Shown here piece after piece: positions 8,817-17,074 of a stretch of DNA of 32,000 nucleotides (the first letter of the stretch is position 1; every line of letters starts with the position of its first letter). The DNA lies in assembly GCA_964514965.1 (NCBI GenBank), contig CAZETV010000001.1, positions 150,001 to 182,000 of the forward strand, read 5' to 3'. The position numbers and the translations under genes were made by a program. Under the pieces are notes generated by a model, which was not told the origin of the DNA, did not search any database, and saw nothing but the letters and a program-made list of their open reading frames with translations. The DNA is from Candidatus Hadarchaeota archaeon (GTDB lineage: Archaea; Hadarchaeota; Hadarchaeia; Hadarchaeales; Hadarchaeaceae).

Positions 8817-10259
8817 TTAGGGAATAAATAGGAAATTTTTAAACTGCCATAAATCCTCATTTGCATTTGCATCCGGGTTTTCCTTAAAAAATATTTTCCT
8901 GTTTTTTAACGGGGTCCAGTCGTACGGTTTCGATACGACTCTGCCCAAGTATGGCTTCGCTATTTCCAGAATGTAATCATGAGGCAAGTCGTCCGGCAGG
9001 CAAACTCCCCTTCTCGGGTTTTCCAGCATCCAACACACCGCCGAAACAACCCCCGCCGCCACCTGGAGCGTCGTGGCATTTTCCCCCGGCGCCAGTTTTC
9101 TCGCCTCGTCTATGCTCAGCATGCTCCCCGTCCACCAAGAATTGTATTTGTGTCCCATCAACAGTGCACCCAGTATGTCCTCTCCGCCAGTTATTTCGTC
9201 ATTCATGATCCTAATTTTTGGCTGCATCCGGTAGTTTCTCGATCGCAGTTCGTGCAGTGACGATAGCGTCTCGTGGCATGTAAAGTATGCGTAATGAACC
9301 GTCGGCCGATACACCGCTTTGCCGTTTTTCCAGACGGTCAATCTATCAGATATCCCGAACGCCTCCCCGTGCCGAATCACCATTCCGATTATCTCCTCGT
9401 TCGGTATCCACGACCTCACCCAAGTGTTGATGCCCATCTGCGCGAGGAAAATTTGGTTTTTGAGCCCGTAAGGCGGCACATGCGCCAGTCTGGGGAGTTG
9501 CTTTTCGTGCGTCCCCCATCCCATCTCTGCTGGCGCCGTTCCCTCCTCCCTGAGCCCCTCTATGCTCCACGTCCCCACAAACTCGTTGACCTCCTTTGGC
9601 CTGTTGGTTATTTGCGTGTCCCGCTCGCTGCAGTGGATCACTTTTACCCCCAAATTCATCGAAAGCTCTGCGAAGTTTTTCTTCTCTATCAGTCCTCTGA
9701 GTTTTTTGGCTTCTTTTGCTGAGACCTTCTTATCAGCGATTAGCCTATTTGCGATATCTATCAACGCCTGTTTTGTGAAGTGCGATATCAACCCGGGATT
9801 TGCTCCATGATCCAGCACTGCGGTCGTGGCATTTTCCCAATTCTTGGTCAGCTCCCTTATTTGCATTTGTCGGTAGTAAAGGGATTTTTCGAACGGAGTT
9901 TTCTTTTCCATGTCCAACTCAGGGTTCCACTGCTCCACCGATGTGTTCACATACAGGACTTCATGGTCGTGGCACCACTTTAGTACGTCGTTGCATCCTA
10001 TGTTCCACGCCAGGTCTACAAGCAGCCCGCCATCGTCAAGGTGCTCGGACAGGACTCTTTCGAGATTTTGTCGCGTTATTTTTTTACGTACGAACTTTAT
10101 TTCCTTGTCCGTCCATTTTTTCAGCGACTCGCCCTTGTCCTCAAAATCGATTATGGTCATATTTTGGCACGATATTTTCACGTGCTTCAGAAGCAACGGT
10201 AAAGTGCATTTCGCCACAGCGCCGTAACCCAGCATCAGAACTTTGCCCTCAAATTTCAT
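8817..10259 (-). CDS. hss: homospermidine synthase, bacterial type (saccharopine-dehydrogenase-like fold)
   Basis: 480 aa. N-terminal Rossmann VLMLGYGAVAKCTLPLL. Blocks I recall from bacterial HSS: DHGANPGLISHF, IHCSERDTQ, VGTWSIEG, AEMGWGTHE, YRPTVHYAY, NATTLQVAAGV, ENP..G, DWTPL, and C-terminal WQFKNFL. A GGGGGAG box lies 8 nt upstream of the ATG. Confidence 0.9.
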   Translation of the reverse strand: MKFEGKVLMLGYGAVAKCTLPLLLKHVKISCQNMTIIDFEDKGESLKKWTDKEIKFVRKKITRQNLERVLSEHLDDGGLLVDLAWNIGCNDVLKWCHDHEVLYVNTSVEQWNPELDMEKKTPFEKSLYYRQMQIRELTKNWENATTAVLDHGANPGLISHFTKQALIDIANRLIADKKVSAKEAKKLRGLIEKKNFAELSMNLGVKVIHCSERDTQITNRPKEVNEFVGTWSIEGLREEGTAPAEMGWGTHEKQLPRLAHVPPYGLKNQIFLAQMGINTWVRSWIPNEEIIGMVIRHGEAFGISDRLTVWKNGKAVYRPTVHYAYFTCHETLSSLHELRSRNYRMQPKIRIMNDEITGGEDILGALLMGHKYNSWWTGSMLSIDEARKLAPGENATTLQVAAGVVSAVCWMLENPRRGVCLPDDLPHDYILEIAKPYLGRVVSKPYDWTPLKNRKIFFKENPDANANEDLWQFKNFLFIP

Positions 10260-10345
10260 CGTTGTTACTCCCCCGCCATAATGAACATCTTCGAAAATAA
10301 AAGTAATTGCCTATGCACGTGACCGCACCACCATGCGCTTCCAAT

Positions 10346-10375
10346 GAAGTTAACTTTGAAATGAATTGAACTTTG
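10346..10375 (+). promoter_or_regulatory. imperfect direct repeat (possible operator) just upstream of a TATA-like box
   Basis: GAAGTTAACTTTG (10346-10358) and GAATTGAACTTTG (10363-10375) match at 11 of 13 positions and are 4 nt apart. A TTTATA box follows at 10385-10390, about 30 nt before ATG 10421. Confidence 0.3.
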
Positions 10376-10420
10376 CGTAATACATTTATAACGACAAATA
10401 ATATCAAACTGGGCGCTAAA

Positions 10421-11068
10421 ATGTTCTTGTTGGCTCTCGCATTAGCACTTGGATTCAAACACGCGTACGATGCGGATCACCTAGTTGCGGTATCTAACTT
10501 TCTAATCAGAAGCCCGAGCATCCGAAATACTGCGGCAATGAGCTTGAATTGGGCGTTTGGGCACTTGCTCACCGCTGGGGCGATTACCCTGTTGCTCTAC
10601 GCGGCTTTCTCGGAAGTCATCATCTCATCGCTCAGCTACTTCGAGCTCGGCGTCGGAGTGATGCTCATCGTTCTAGGGATTATCGGCATCGCGTTGGAAA
10701 CAGGGCAATTTCACATCCACTTCCATAAGCACGGGAAGGTCTCGCACGCCCACTCCCACGTCCACGCTTTTGGGCTGCGAAGGCACTTTCACCCGCATCT
10801 CTTCGCTGTGGGGGCCATCCAAGGACTCGCGAGCAACGATGAACTATTCACCTTGCTCGTGGTCTCGCTAGGCGTTGCCACGATGCCCGGGTTGCTCCTA
10901 AACGTCGGGATTTATAGCCTCGGTGTGGCCCTCGGGATGGTGCTGTTCGGATGCCTCATGATCTATCCCGTGGCACGAATCGGTGCAGAAAAAGCCAAGC
11001 GAATTATCGGTGTTTCCGTTGGGGTAATCAGCATCTTTTATGGGATATTCTTATTGTTAGGGCTCTAG
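10421..11068 (+). CDS. NicO/NiCoT-signature metal (Ni/Co-type) transporter, short form with a His-rich loop
   Basis: Start taken at ATG 10421 (MFLLALALALGFKHAYDADHLVAV). The HX4DH signature in the first TM helix is characteristic of HoxN/NixA-type NiCoT. The central loop is HIHFHKHGKVSHAHSHVHAFGLRRHFHPH. About 6 TM helices and 215 aa, shorter than classical 8-TM NiCoTs. Confidence 0.65.
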   Translation: MFLLALALALGFKHAYDADHLVAVSNFLIRSPSIRNTAAMSLNWAFGHLLTAGAITLLLYAAFSEVIISSLSYFELGVGVMLIVLGIIGIALETGQFHIHFHKHGKVSHAHSHVHAFGLRRHFHPHLFAVGAIQGLASNDELFTLLVVSLGVATMPGLLLNVGIYSLGVALGMVLFGCLMIYPVARIGAEKAKRIIGVSVGVISIFYGIFLLLGL

Positions 11069-11084
11069 ATCTCCAGCGCCAGAC

Positions 11085-11388
11085 GGCTTTGCTATAATAA
11101 TATAAGTCAGATAATAAGGCGATTTTATTAGCAGACTGGATATATTATTGATTAGAGGGTAAAGACATGGAGTACAGATACAAAAGGCACATAACAAACA
11201 CATTGCTGTACGTAGCAATTATAACAGCCTTGATAGCAATTATAATGCAATACACAAAAGCAGGGGCTATCGTTTTTGCTGTTATAAGCGTTGTTTTGCT
11301 GGGCGCTGACAGATACGTAGAGAATAATCATTTGAAAGAAGAACGATAAACCGACTTTATTAGCAGAATCGACTTTATTAGCAAAGCC
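11085..11388. mobile_element. MITE-like / small cassette insertion with terminal inverted repeats and a flanking 9-bp duplication
   Basis: Left end GGCTTTGCTA (11085-11094) is the exact reverse complement of right end TAGCAAAGCC (11379-11388). Identical direct repeats GCGCCAGAC abut both ends (11076-11084 and 11389-11397). The interior is AT-rich and contains three direct copies of GAYTTTATTAGCA (11121, 11353, 11371). No transposase is present. Confidence 0.45.
11167..11349 (+). CDS. hypothetical small membrane protein (60 aa, 2 predicted TM) inside the inserted element
   Basis: A GAGGGT box lies 6 nt upstream of ATG 11167. Two hydrophobic spans (LLYVAIITALIAIIM, AIVFAVISVVLLG). I recognise no homology. 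Confidence 0.35.
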   Translation: MEYRYKRHITNTLLYVAIITALIAIIMQYTKAGAIVFAVISVVLLGADRYVENNHLKEER

Positions 11389-11404
11389 GCGCCAGACCTA
11401 CCAT

Positions 11405-11956
11405 CTATAAATCTCGGTGGCCCGCCACACTCTTTTTCAGGACACCTTGAATTTCCTCGTGAAGTACCTTGAAGCGATCAAGCGCAGGGTGAGTTTGCCC
11501 GAGTTCTGATTTAAAGCAATCGAGAGCTCGCTCGTACGATGCTATGCGGTGCCCCATCACCAGCTTATCCGCATAGGCGATAATCTTCTCCTCGAGCGTT
11601 CGGGGTATGAAATCTCGCGCTGGGAGCCCGAGCTCTTTTGCCTCTTTAGCGGGGATACCGGCACCCAAATGGCACTCGGCGAACCGCTCAAATTTGCTTA
11701 ATCCACGCCCCCGCAGGATTTTGGCTCCCTCGATCCCGTGTTTGATATCGTGCGTCTGAGCTCGCCCGATATCGTGCAACAACGCGCCTAAACTTACCGA
11801 CTTTAAATCAATTTTATGCCCATTTGCCCGAATTCGCCGAGCGAGCCTTAAAGAAACCCGCTCGACGACAAGCGAGTGCTGGATAACTCCTCTTGAACAG
11901 CCAGCCTCGCGCAGCGCGCGAAGCGCTTCCTCACGCCCGAGCAACTGATTCCCCAC
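11405..11956 (-). CDS. HD-domain metal-dependent phosphohydrolase
   Basis: 183 aa with an HD signature (LGALLHDIGRAQTHDIKH), plus H..H early in the sequence and a later CHLGAG block. Confidence 0.8.
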   Translation of the reverse strand: MGNQLLGREEALRALREAGCSRGVIQHSLVVERVSLRLARRIRANGHKIDLKSVSLGALLHDIGRAQTHDIKHGIEGAKILRGRGLSKFERFAECHLGAGIPAKEAKELGLPARDFIPRTLEEKIIAYADKLVMGHRIASYERALDCFKSELGQTHPALDRFKVLHEEIQGVLKKSVAGHRDL

Positions 11957-12082
11957 TAATTAAGAAAAGCAATACCACTTATTTTTTTGTGTTGCACAGC
12001 TTTTTTGTCAATTCTAACGTTATAAAGACAGCAAAGAGGATATTTCTGAAAACTGATGCTTTGAAATCGCCGAAAAATGTAA

Positions 12083-12685
12083 CTAAATATCTATAAGATT
12101 ATGTCGGAGCGATTCGATTTGACGTTCGAGCGCCATGATTACATTTGAGTTATCATAAGGTTCCAACTTCTCCCCACATCGCGGGCACTTAAAGTCGTTC
12201 TCCACAGCGAGCTCAAAGGATAACTTTGGGTCTCCGTTCCCGCAACTGAAGAAACTCGTGCCTCGCTCCGTATCGAGTCGATTCTCGAGCTTTTGTATGA
12301 GTTGGCGCTTGTTGTTTTTGAAGTACTCATTCGCACGCTCTGGCTCGATCCGCCAGTAATAGACGTACCATCCGCTGTGCTCGTCCCGAACCCTGTGATA
12401 GCTCACCACGCGGTTCTCGTATAGGCTGTAGAGGATTTTCCGCACAAGATTTACTCGGATGCCCAACCGCTTCGCTATCTCATCGTCTGTGATCTCCTTC
12501 TCCACGAGCTCTTTAGCTACGTTATACCCGCGGTCGCCAGCTATCCGGATGAGAATCTCCTTCAAAACAGGGTCATCCGATGGCTTTGGGTGGGCTTTCT
12601 TTTTTACTTCTGCGCGCTTTTTAACAACTTTCTTAGCTTTTTTCGCTTTCTTATGGCTAATTTTTTTGCTCACTTTTTTGCTCAT
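12083..12685 (-). CDS. tfe: transcription factor E alpha (TFIIE-alpha homologue) with a Lys-rich N-terminal tail
   Basis: Winged-helix core (ITDDEIAKRLGIRVNLVRKILYSLYENRVVSYHRVRDEHSGWYVYYWRI) followed by a zinc-ribbon region (FFSCGNG...FKCPRCGEKL). Start chosen at ATG 12685, preceded by GGTGG plus a 5-nt spacer. The track's GTG at 12694 overlaps that box. Confidence 0.8.
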   Translation of the reverse strand: MSKKVSKKISHKKAKKAKKVVKKRAEVKKKAHPKPSDDPVLKEILIRIAGDRGYNVAKELVEKEITDDEIAKRLGIRVNLVRKILYSLYENRVVSYHRVRDEHSGWYVYYWRIEPERANEYFKNNKRQLIQKLENRLDTERGTSFFSCGNGDPKLSFELAVENDFKCPRCGEKLEPYDNSNVIMALERQIESLRHNLIDI

Positions 12686-12988
12686 TTTATCCACCTAATG
12701 CAGCGATATATTGTTTCTATTATTTTGCAAAAACTAATAAATATAATTAACGTGCTTAACGTTCGAAAAATGCAAAATTCGTGGCTTTTTATCGGTTTTT
12801 TTTGATTTTTATACCTTTTAAATAATGTTGATTTAAATTATACACTAAAAAACCTTTTTTTCTAAGTTCGAAGCTTCTAAAAAGTATATTGATGAAAACG
12901 ACTGGTTTAGCTACCCCAAATAAATCGTCAACTTCATAACTTGCATTTTTTCCCACAAGTGTCTGTTTCGAGTGTTTTGTTGACTATT

Positions 12989-14056
12989 TCAAGCGGACCC
13001 CGCACTCCCGAAAACTTTCGTCCTTATTGTTTCGATGAGCGAATTCAGGTTTGTGCCCTTACGCGCCGATATGGGGATAGTAAACATCGTTACGTCGTTC
13101 AGGGTCTTGAGCTTGTGTCCGAGTTCCTCGCACGGGATGAGATCGATCTTGTTGAGGGCCGCGACCACCTTCACGGGGTACTCCGCCAGCACCTCTCGGG
13201 ATGCCTGAAACTTTCGGAGAATTTCTGGCAAGGGTTCGGAGATATCGAGCACGAGCACCGCGAGGTCGGCCAAGTAAATCTCCTCAAGCGTCGCCTTGAA
13301 GGCCTCGACCAGCCACGGGGGCAGACCGTCGATGAAGCCCACGGTGTCAGTTAGCAAAATCATTCGACTCGCACGCATCGCCCGTGTGCGGGGCATTAGG
13401 GTGGTAAAAAGCATGTCGTCCACCTCGGCGTTCGCAGTGGTGAGCGCGTTGAGCAGCGTTGACTTGCCTGCATTGGTATACCCCGCTAGCGCCACAAGCT
13501 TGAACCCTCTCCTGTGCCTGCGCTTCCGTCGCTGCTCCCGCACGCTGGCGACCGACTTGAGTTTTCGCCTCAGATTCACAAGTTTCCGCTTGACCATGTC
13601 GTAGCGGACATCCACTTCGTACTCACCCCCACCCATCAAACCCGGCTGTTCGACTGACATGAGCGCTCGCACCTGTTCTCGAATTCTCGGCATCTCATAA
13701 CTCAACCTCGCATACTCGACCTGAAGCTTCGCCTCGGGCGACCCCGCGCGCATCGCGAATATTTCTAGAATAAGCTGGAAGCGGTCGATGACCTCGAGTC
13801 TCACAAGCCGCGAGAGCTTGTAAGCCTGTGAGGGGGTGAGTTGGTTATTAAAAATTACGCGGTTTGCACTCTTAGATCTGGCTAAATCCTTGAGCTCTTG
13901 AGCTTTGCCCTTGCCTATTAAATAAGCAGGGTCTGGCTTCCGTACTTGATCTAGCACGCCGACGACTTCATAGTTGAGCGTTCGCGCCAAAGCTACCAGT
14001 TCCCTCAAGCCAGATTTTTCACCTGGTGAGCGAAGTTCGGTGAGCACGACACGCAT
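12989..14056 (-). CDS. hflX: GTPase HflX
   Basis: 355 aa with an HflX N-terminal domain and GTPase motifs: G1 LAGYTNAGKST, G3 DTVGFI, G4 LNKID. Confidence 0.9.
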   Translation of the reverse strand: MRVVLTELRSPGEKSGLRELVALARTLNYEVVGVLDQVRKPDPAYLIGKGKAQELKDLARSKSANRVIFNNQLTPSQAYKLSRLVRLEVIDRFQLILEIFAMRAGSPEAKLQVEYARLSYEMPRIREQVRALMSVEQPGLMGGGEYEVDVRYDMVKRKLVNLRRKLKSVASVREQRRKRRHRRGFKLVALAGYTNAGKSTLLNALTTANAEVDDMLFTTLMPRTRAMRASRMILLTDTVGFIDGLPPWLVEAFKATLEEIYLADLAVLVLDISEPLPEILRKFQASREVLAEYPVKVVAALNKIDLIPCEELGHKLKTLNDVTMFTIPISARKGTNLNSLIETIRTKVFGSAGSA

Positions 14057-14191
14057 ATAGCATCATTTAACATATCGTGCACAAATCAAAAAAGATAGAG
14101 GATATTGAAAAACATCTACTTATCCTTAACCATTGTTTCCACTAAAGTTTTTAATCTATACTTTAACAGAGTATCTCACGGAGAGAGAAAA

Positions 14192-15406
14192 TTGTCAGAA
14201 ACAACCAAACCTAAGGAGCCGAAAGATAACACTTTCGACAAAACATACGTCACCGACTACATTCACAACCTAGAGGGCCGAGTCCGTGACTTGGAGCATG
14301 AAAAACGTTCGTTCGAAACTCAGTATCTAAAGATCGAGCAAGAACTCCAGAGCCTCCGTGCCGAATTAGACCGTATGCGTGCGCCGCCACTTCTTTCCGC
14401 AACCTTGATTGATATGCTCGAAGATGGGCGCGCAGTAGTGCGAAGTAGCGCTGGCCCGCATTTCGTTGTCGCTACTTCACAATTCATCAAGCCTGAAGAG
14501 CTCAAGCCTGGAGTGCGAGTCGCGCTAAACCAGCGTAACTTCAGTATAATGGAGGTGCTACCCTCGAAGAAGGATCCGCTCGTGCTGGGGATGGAGATCG
14601 AGGAAGCGCCTGATGTCAGCTATGGCGAGGTAGGTGGGCTGGAGAACCAAATTCAAGAGATTCGAGAAAGCGTTGAACTCCCGATGCTCAAACCGAAGCT
14701 CTTCAAGAAGGTAGGGATCGAGCCGCCTAAAGGAGTTCTTCTTTACGGGCCCCCAGGGACTGGAAAAACCCTGCTTGCTCGAGCGGTAGCCCACGAAACC
14801 CGCGCGACGTTCATCCGCGTGATAGGCTCCGAGCTCGTGCAGAAATACATCGGCGAAGGGGCCCGGATGGTGCGCGAGATGTTTGAACTTGCCCAGGAGA
14901 AGGCGCCCTCAATCGTCTTCATTGATGAGCTTGACGCGATAGCGGCCCGTCGTCTCGACACCTCGACGAGTGGGGACCGTGAAGTCCACCGTACGCTCAT
15001 GCAGTTGTTGGCAGAAGTGGATGGGTTCGAACCACGGGGGGATGTCAAGATCTTGGCAGCCACCAATCGTCCGGACATACTCGACCCAGCACTACTCCGT
15101 CCCGGACGCTTCGATAGACTTATTTACTTTCCTCTGCCTGATTCGGAGGCACGGATTACCATCTTCAAAATTCACGTGAAGGGGATGAATCTCGCGAAGA
15201 ACGTGAGCGTGAAGGAACTCGCGAAGCGGAGCGAACGAGCGACAGGTGCCGATATAAAAGCTATCTGCACCGAAGCTGGCATGTTCGCCATCCGTGAGGG
15301 GCGGGAACAGGTCGATAGGAAGGACTTCGAGCGGGCTATCGCGAAAGTCCTGCCAATAGTCAGGGTACCTGAAGCTCCAAAGCCGGAAAAGATGTTCGGC
15401 TATTGA
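14192..15406 (+). CDS. pan: proteasome-activating nucleotidase (PAN, Rpt-like AAA+ ATPase)
   Basis: Colinear with M. jannaschii PAN as I recall it: coiled coil, [12 protein letters not shown] region, [22 protein letters not shown] (Walker A), [11 protein letters not shown] (Walker B), [20 protein letters not shown]. No ATG is available upstream of the coiled coil, so I took TTG 14192 (GGAGAGAG upstream). TTG 14105 would add 29 hydrophobic residues that overlap a TATA-like promoter sequence. Confidence 0.9.
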   Translation: MSETTKPKEPKDNTFDKTYVTDYIHNLEGRVRDLEHEKRSFETQYLKIEQELQSLRAELDRMRAPPLLSATLIDMLEDGRAVVRSSAGPHFVVATSQFIKPEELKPGVRVALNQRNFSIMEVLPSKKDPLVLGMEIEEAPDVSYGEVGGLENQIQEIRESVELPMLKPKLFKKVGIEPPKGVLLYGPPGTGKTLLARAVAHETRATFIRVIGSELVQKYIGEGARMVREMFELAQEKAPSIVFIDELDAIAARRLDTSTSGDREVHRTLMQLLAEVDGFEPRGDVKILAATNRPDILDPALLRPGRFDRLIYFPLPDSEARITIFKIHVKGMNLAKNVSVKELAKRSERATGADIKAICTEAGMFAIREGREQVDRKDFERAIAKVLPIVRVPEAPKPEKMFGY

Positions 15407-15473
15407 TCGTTAGATGAAATCTTGCACCTAAATCTTCCACAAAATTCTTATCCCAATAAAACTCAATTCCAAA

Positions 15474-15537
15474 CGCCGATGATGTCACATATCGTCTGAG
15501 CATTCCGCAATGATTTGATGATGGGCGGACTGAGGCG
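15474..15537 (+). ncRNA. candidate C/D-box sRNA (2'-O-methylation guide)
   Basis: Layout: CGCC-G-AUGAUGU(C)-10 nt-CUGA(D')-spacer-UUGAUGA or AUGAUUU (C')-8 or 13 nt-CUGA(D)-GGCG. The terminal 4-bp stem CGCC/GGCG flanks boxes C and D as a k-turn requires. The element lies in the 200-nt convergent spacer between pan and trpB2. Guide spacings are non-canonical (10 and 8/13 nt rather than 12). Confidence 0.4.
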
Positions 15538-15607
15538 ACTTAAAATCCATTTTTGGGCCCATATCCGAGTCTATTAGAACGAACGCTACTGGTCGCTTTT
15601 ATTTACT

Positions 15608-16966
15608 TCAAACCTTTGGCACTTTCTTCAAAGCTTCCTTCACTAATTTAGAAGGATATTCGTAATTCGTGAGCTTGCCATGCAGGTAGGCATCGTAGGC
15701 GGCGAGGTCGAAGTGTCCGTGCCCGCTGTTCGCGAAGAAGATGACTTTTTCCTCACCAGTCTTCTTGCATCGCAGCGCCTCGTCAATCACCCCTTTAATG
15801 CAATGTGAAGTTTCCGGAGCCACGAGGATGCCCTCCGTTCGGGCGAAGGTAATTGCTGCTTTAAACACCTCGTTCTGGTGGTAGGACTCCGCTTCGACGA
15901 CTTTCTCGTTTACCAGTTTACAGAGTAGGGGCGCATCGCCATGATAGCGCAGTCCGCCAGCATGGATGGGTGGCGGCATGAAGCTATGCCCGAGCGTGTA
16001 CATCATGACTAGAGGGGTCATTCTGGCAGTGTCGCCGTGGTCGTACATGTATAAGCCCTTCGTTAGGGTCGGGCACGCCTTTGGCTCACACGCCACAGCC
16101 CTTAGCTCTGGCTTTTTCCCAGTCAACTTGTCCGCGATGAACGGGAATACAGCGCCCGAAAAGTTGCTCCCACCACCAACGCAACCAAACATAACGTCTG
16201 GGTAATCACCAGCGAGTTCAAATTGTTTTTTCGCCTCGAGGCCAACAACGGTCTGGTGAAGCAGGACGTGGTTGAGCACACTCCCGAGCGAGTATTTCGT
16301 GTCCTCGTGCTTCGCGGCATCCTCGACCGCCTCTGAAATTGCTATCCCCAAGCTCCCCGGGCAATTCGGGTCTTCTTTGAGTACTTTCTTTCCGTACTCC
16401 GTGCGATTGCTCGGACTCGGGATGCACTCCGCTCCCCAGCTCTCCATGAGGATGCGGCGGTAAGGCTTCTGATTGTAGCTCACGTGCACCATGTAGATAC
16501 TGCACTTCATCCCAAAGAGAAGAGTGCCAAAAGCCAGCGCGCTCCCCCATTGTCCGGCGCCGGTTTCGGTGGTGAGTCTCTGCACCCCTTCTTTCATGTT
16601 GAAATAAGCTTGAGCGACCGCCGTATTCGGCTTGTGACTGCCAGGCGGGCTAACGCCTTCCCACTTGTAGTAAATCTTGGCGGGGGTCTTGAGAGCGCGT
16701 TCGAGCCGCACCGCACGGTAAAGAGGGGAAGGTCGCCAGAGTCTGTAAATATCCCGAACTTCCTCTGGTATCTTAATCCATCTTTCGGTGCTGACCTCCT
16801 GCTTGATCAGTCCCATCGGGAAGATTGGCGCTAAATCCTTGGGACCTATTGGCTTCTTTGTCGCGGGGTTCAGCGGAGGCGGGACAGGCTTTGAGAGATC
16901 AGCCTGAATATTGTACCACGCTTTGGGAATCTCTTCTTCATCGAGTAGAAATTTCGTTTGGGTCAT
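15608..16966 (-). CDS. trpB: tryptophan synthase beta-like protein, TrpB2 class
   Basis: 452 aa. N-terminal extension typical of TrpB2 ([19 protein letters not shown]...PPPLNP). PLP-lysine block [10 protein letters not shown] and GGGSNF. No trpA is adjacent. Confidence 0.9.
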   Translation of the reverse strand: MTQTKFLLDEEEIPKAWYNIQADLSKPVPPPLNPATKKPIGPKDLAPIFPMGLIKQEVSTERWIKIPEEVRDIYRLWRPSPLYRAVRLERALKTPAKIYYKWEGVSPPGSHKPNTAVAQAYFNMKEGVQRLTTETGAGQWGSALAFGTLLFGMKCSIYMVHVSYNQKPYRRILMESWGAECIPSPSNRTEYGKKVLKEDPNCPGSLGIAISEAVEDAAKHEDTKYSLGSVLNHVLLHQTVVGLEAKKQFELAGDYPDVMFGCVGGGSNFSGAVFPFIADKLTGKKPELRAVACEPKACPTLTKGLYMYDHGDTARMTPLVMMYTLGHSFMPPPIHAGGLRYHGDAPLLCKLVNEKVVEAESYHQNEVFKAAITFARTEGILVAPETSHCIKGVIDEALRCKKTGEEKVIFFANSGHGHFDLAAYDAYLHGKLTNYEYPSKLVKEALKKVPKV

Positions 16967-17074
16967 TTGACCATAAACAAATATCCCGTACTACTTAAAG
17001 CTTTATTGTACAAAATTTGACATTTAAATAATCGTGATGGATTTAATGAATTTTGTTGAAGGAAACCGGTGAAG

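Noticed and set aside
10373-10420. Upstream extensions of track ORFs at 10373 (transporter), 30403 (satP), 19078-19170 (ABC ATPase), 20982 (prenyl synthase) and 5351 (small ORF)
   Set aside because: In each case an internal ATG coincides with the start of family-conserved sequence. The extension also overlaps promoter-like AT-rich DNA or the preceding gene.
12889-12912. UUGAUGA word in the hflX/tfe spacer as a possible C box
   Set aside because: No CUGA D or D' box occurs at an appropriate distance, and there is no terminal stem.
14105-14191. 29-codon N-terminal extension of PAN in the track ORF
   Set aside because: The extension is hydrophobic and non-conserved ([20 protein letters not shown]...). 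It overlaps TATA-like promoter sequence (AAGTTTTTAATC), and TTG 14192 gives a PAN-like N-terminus.
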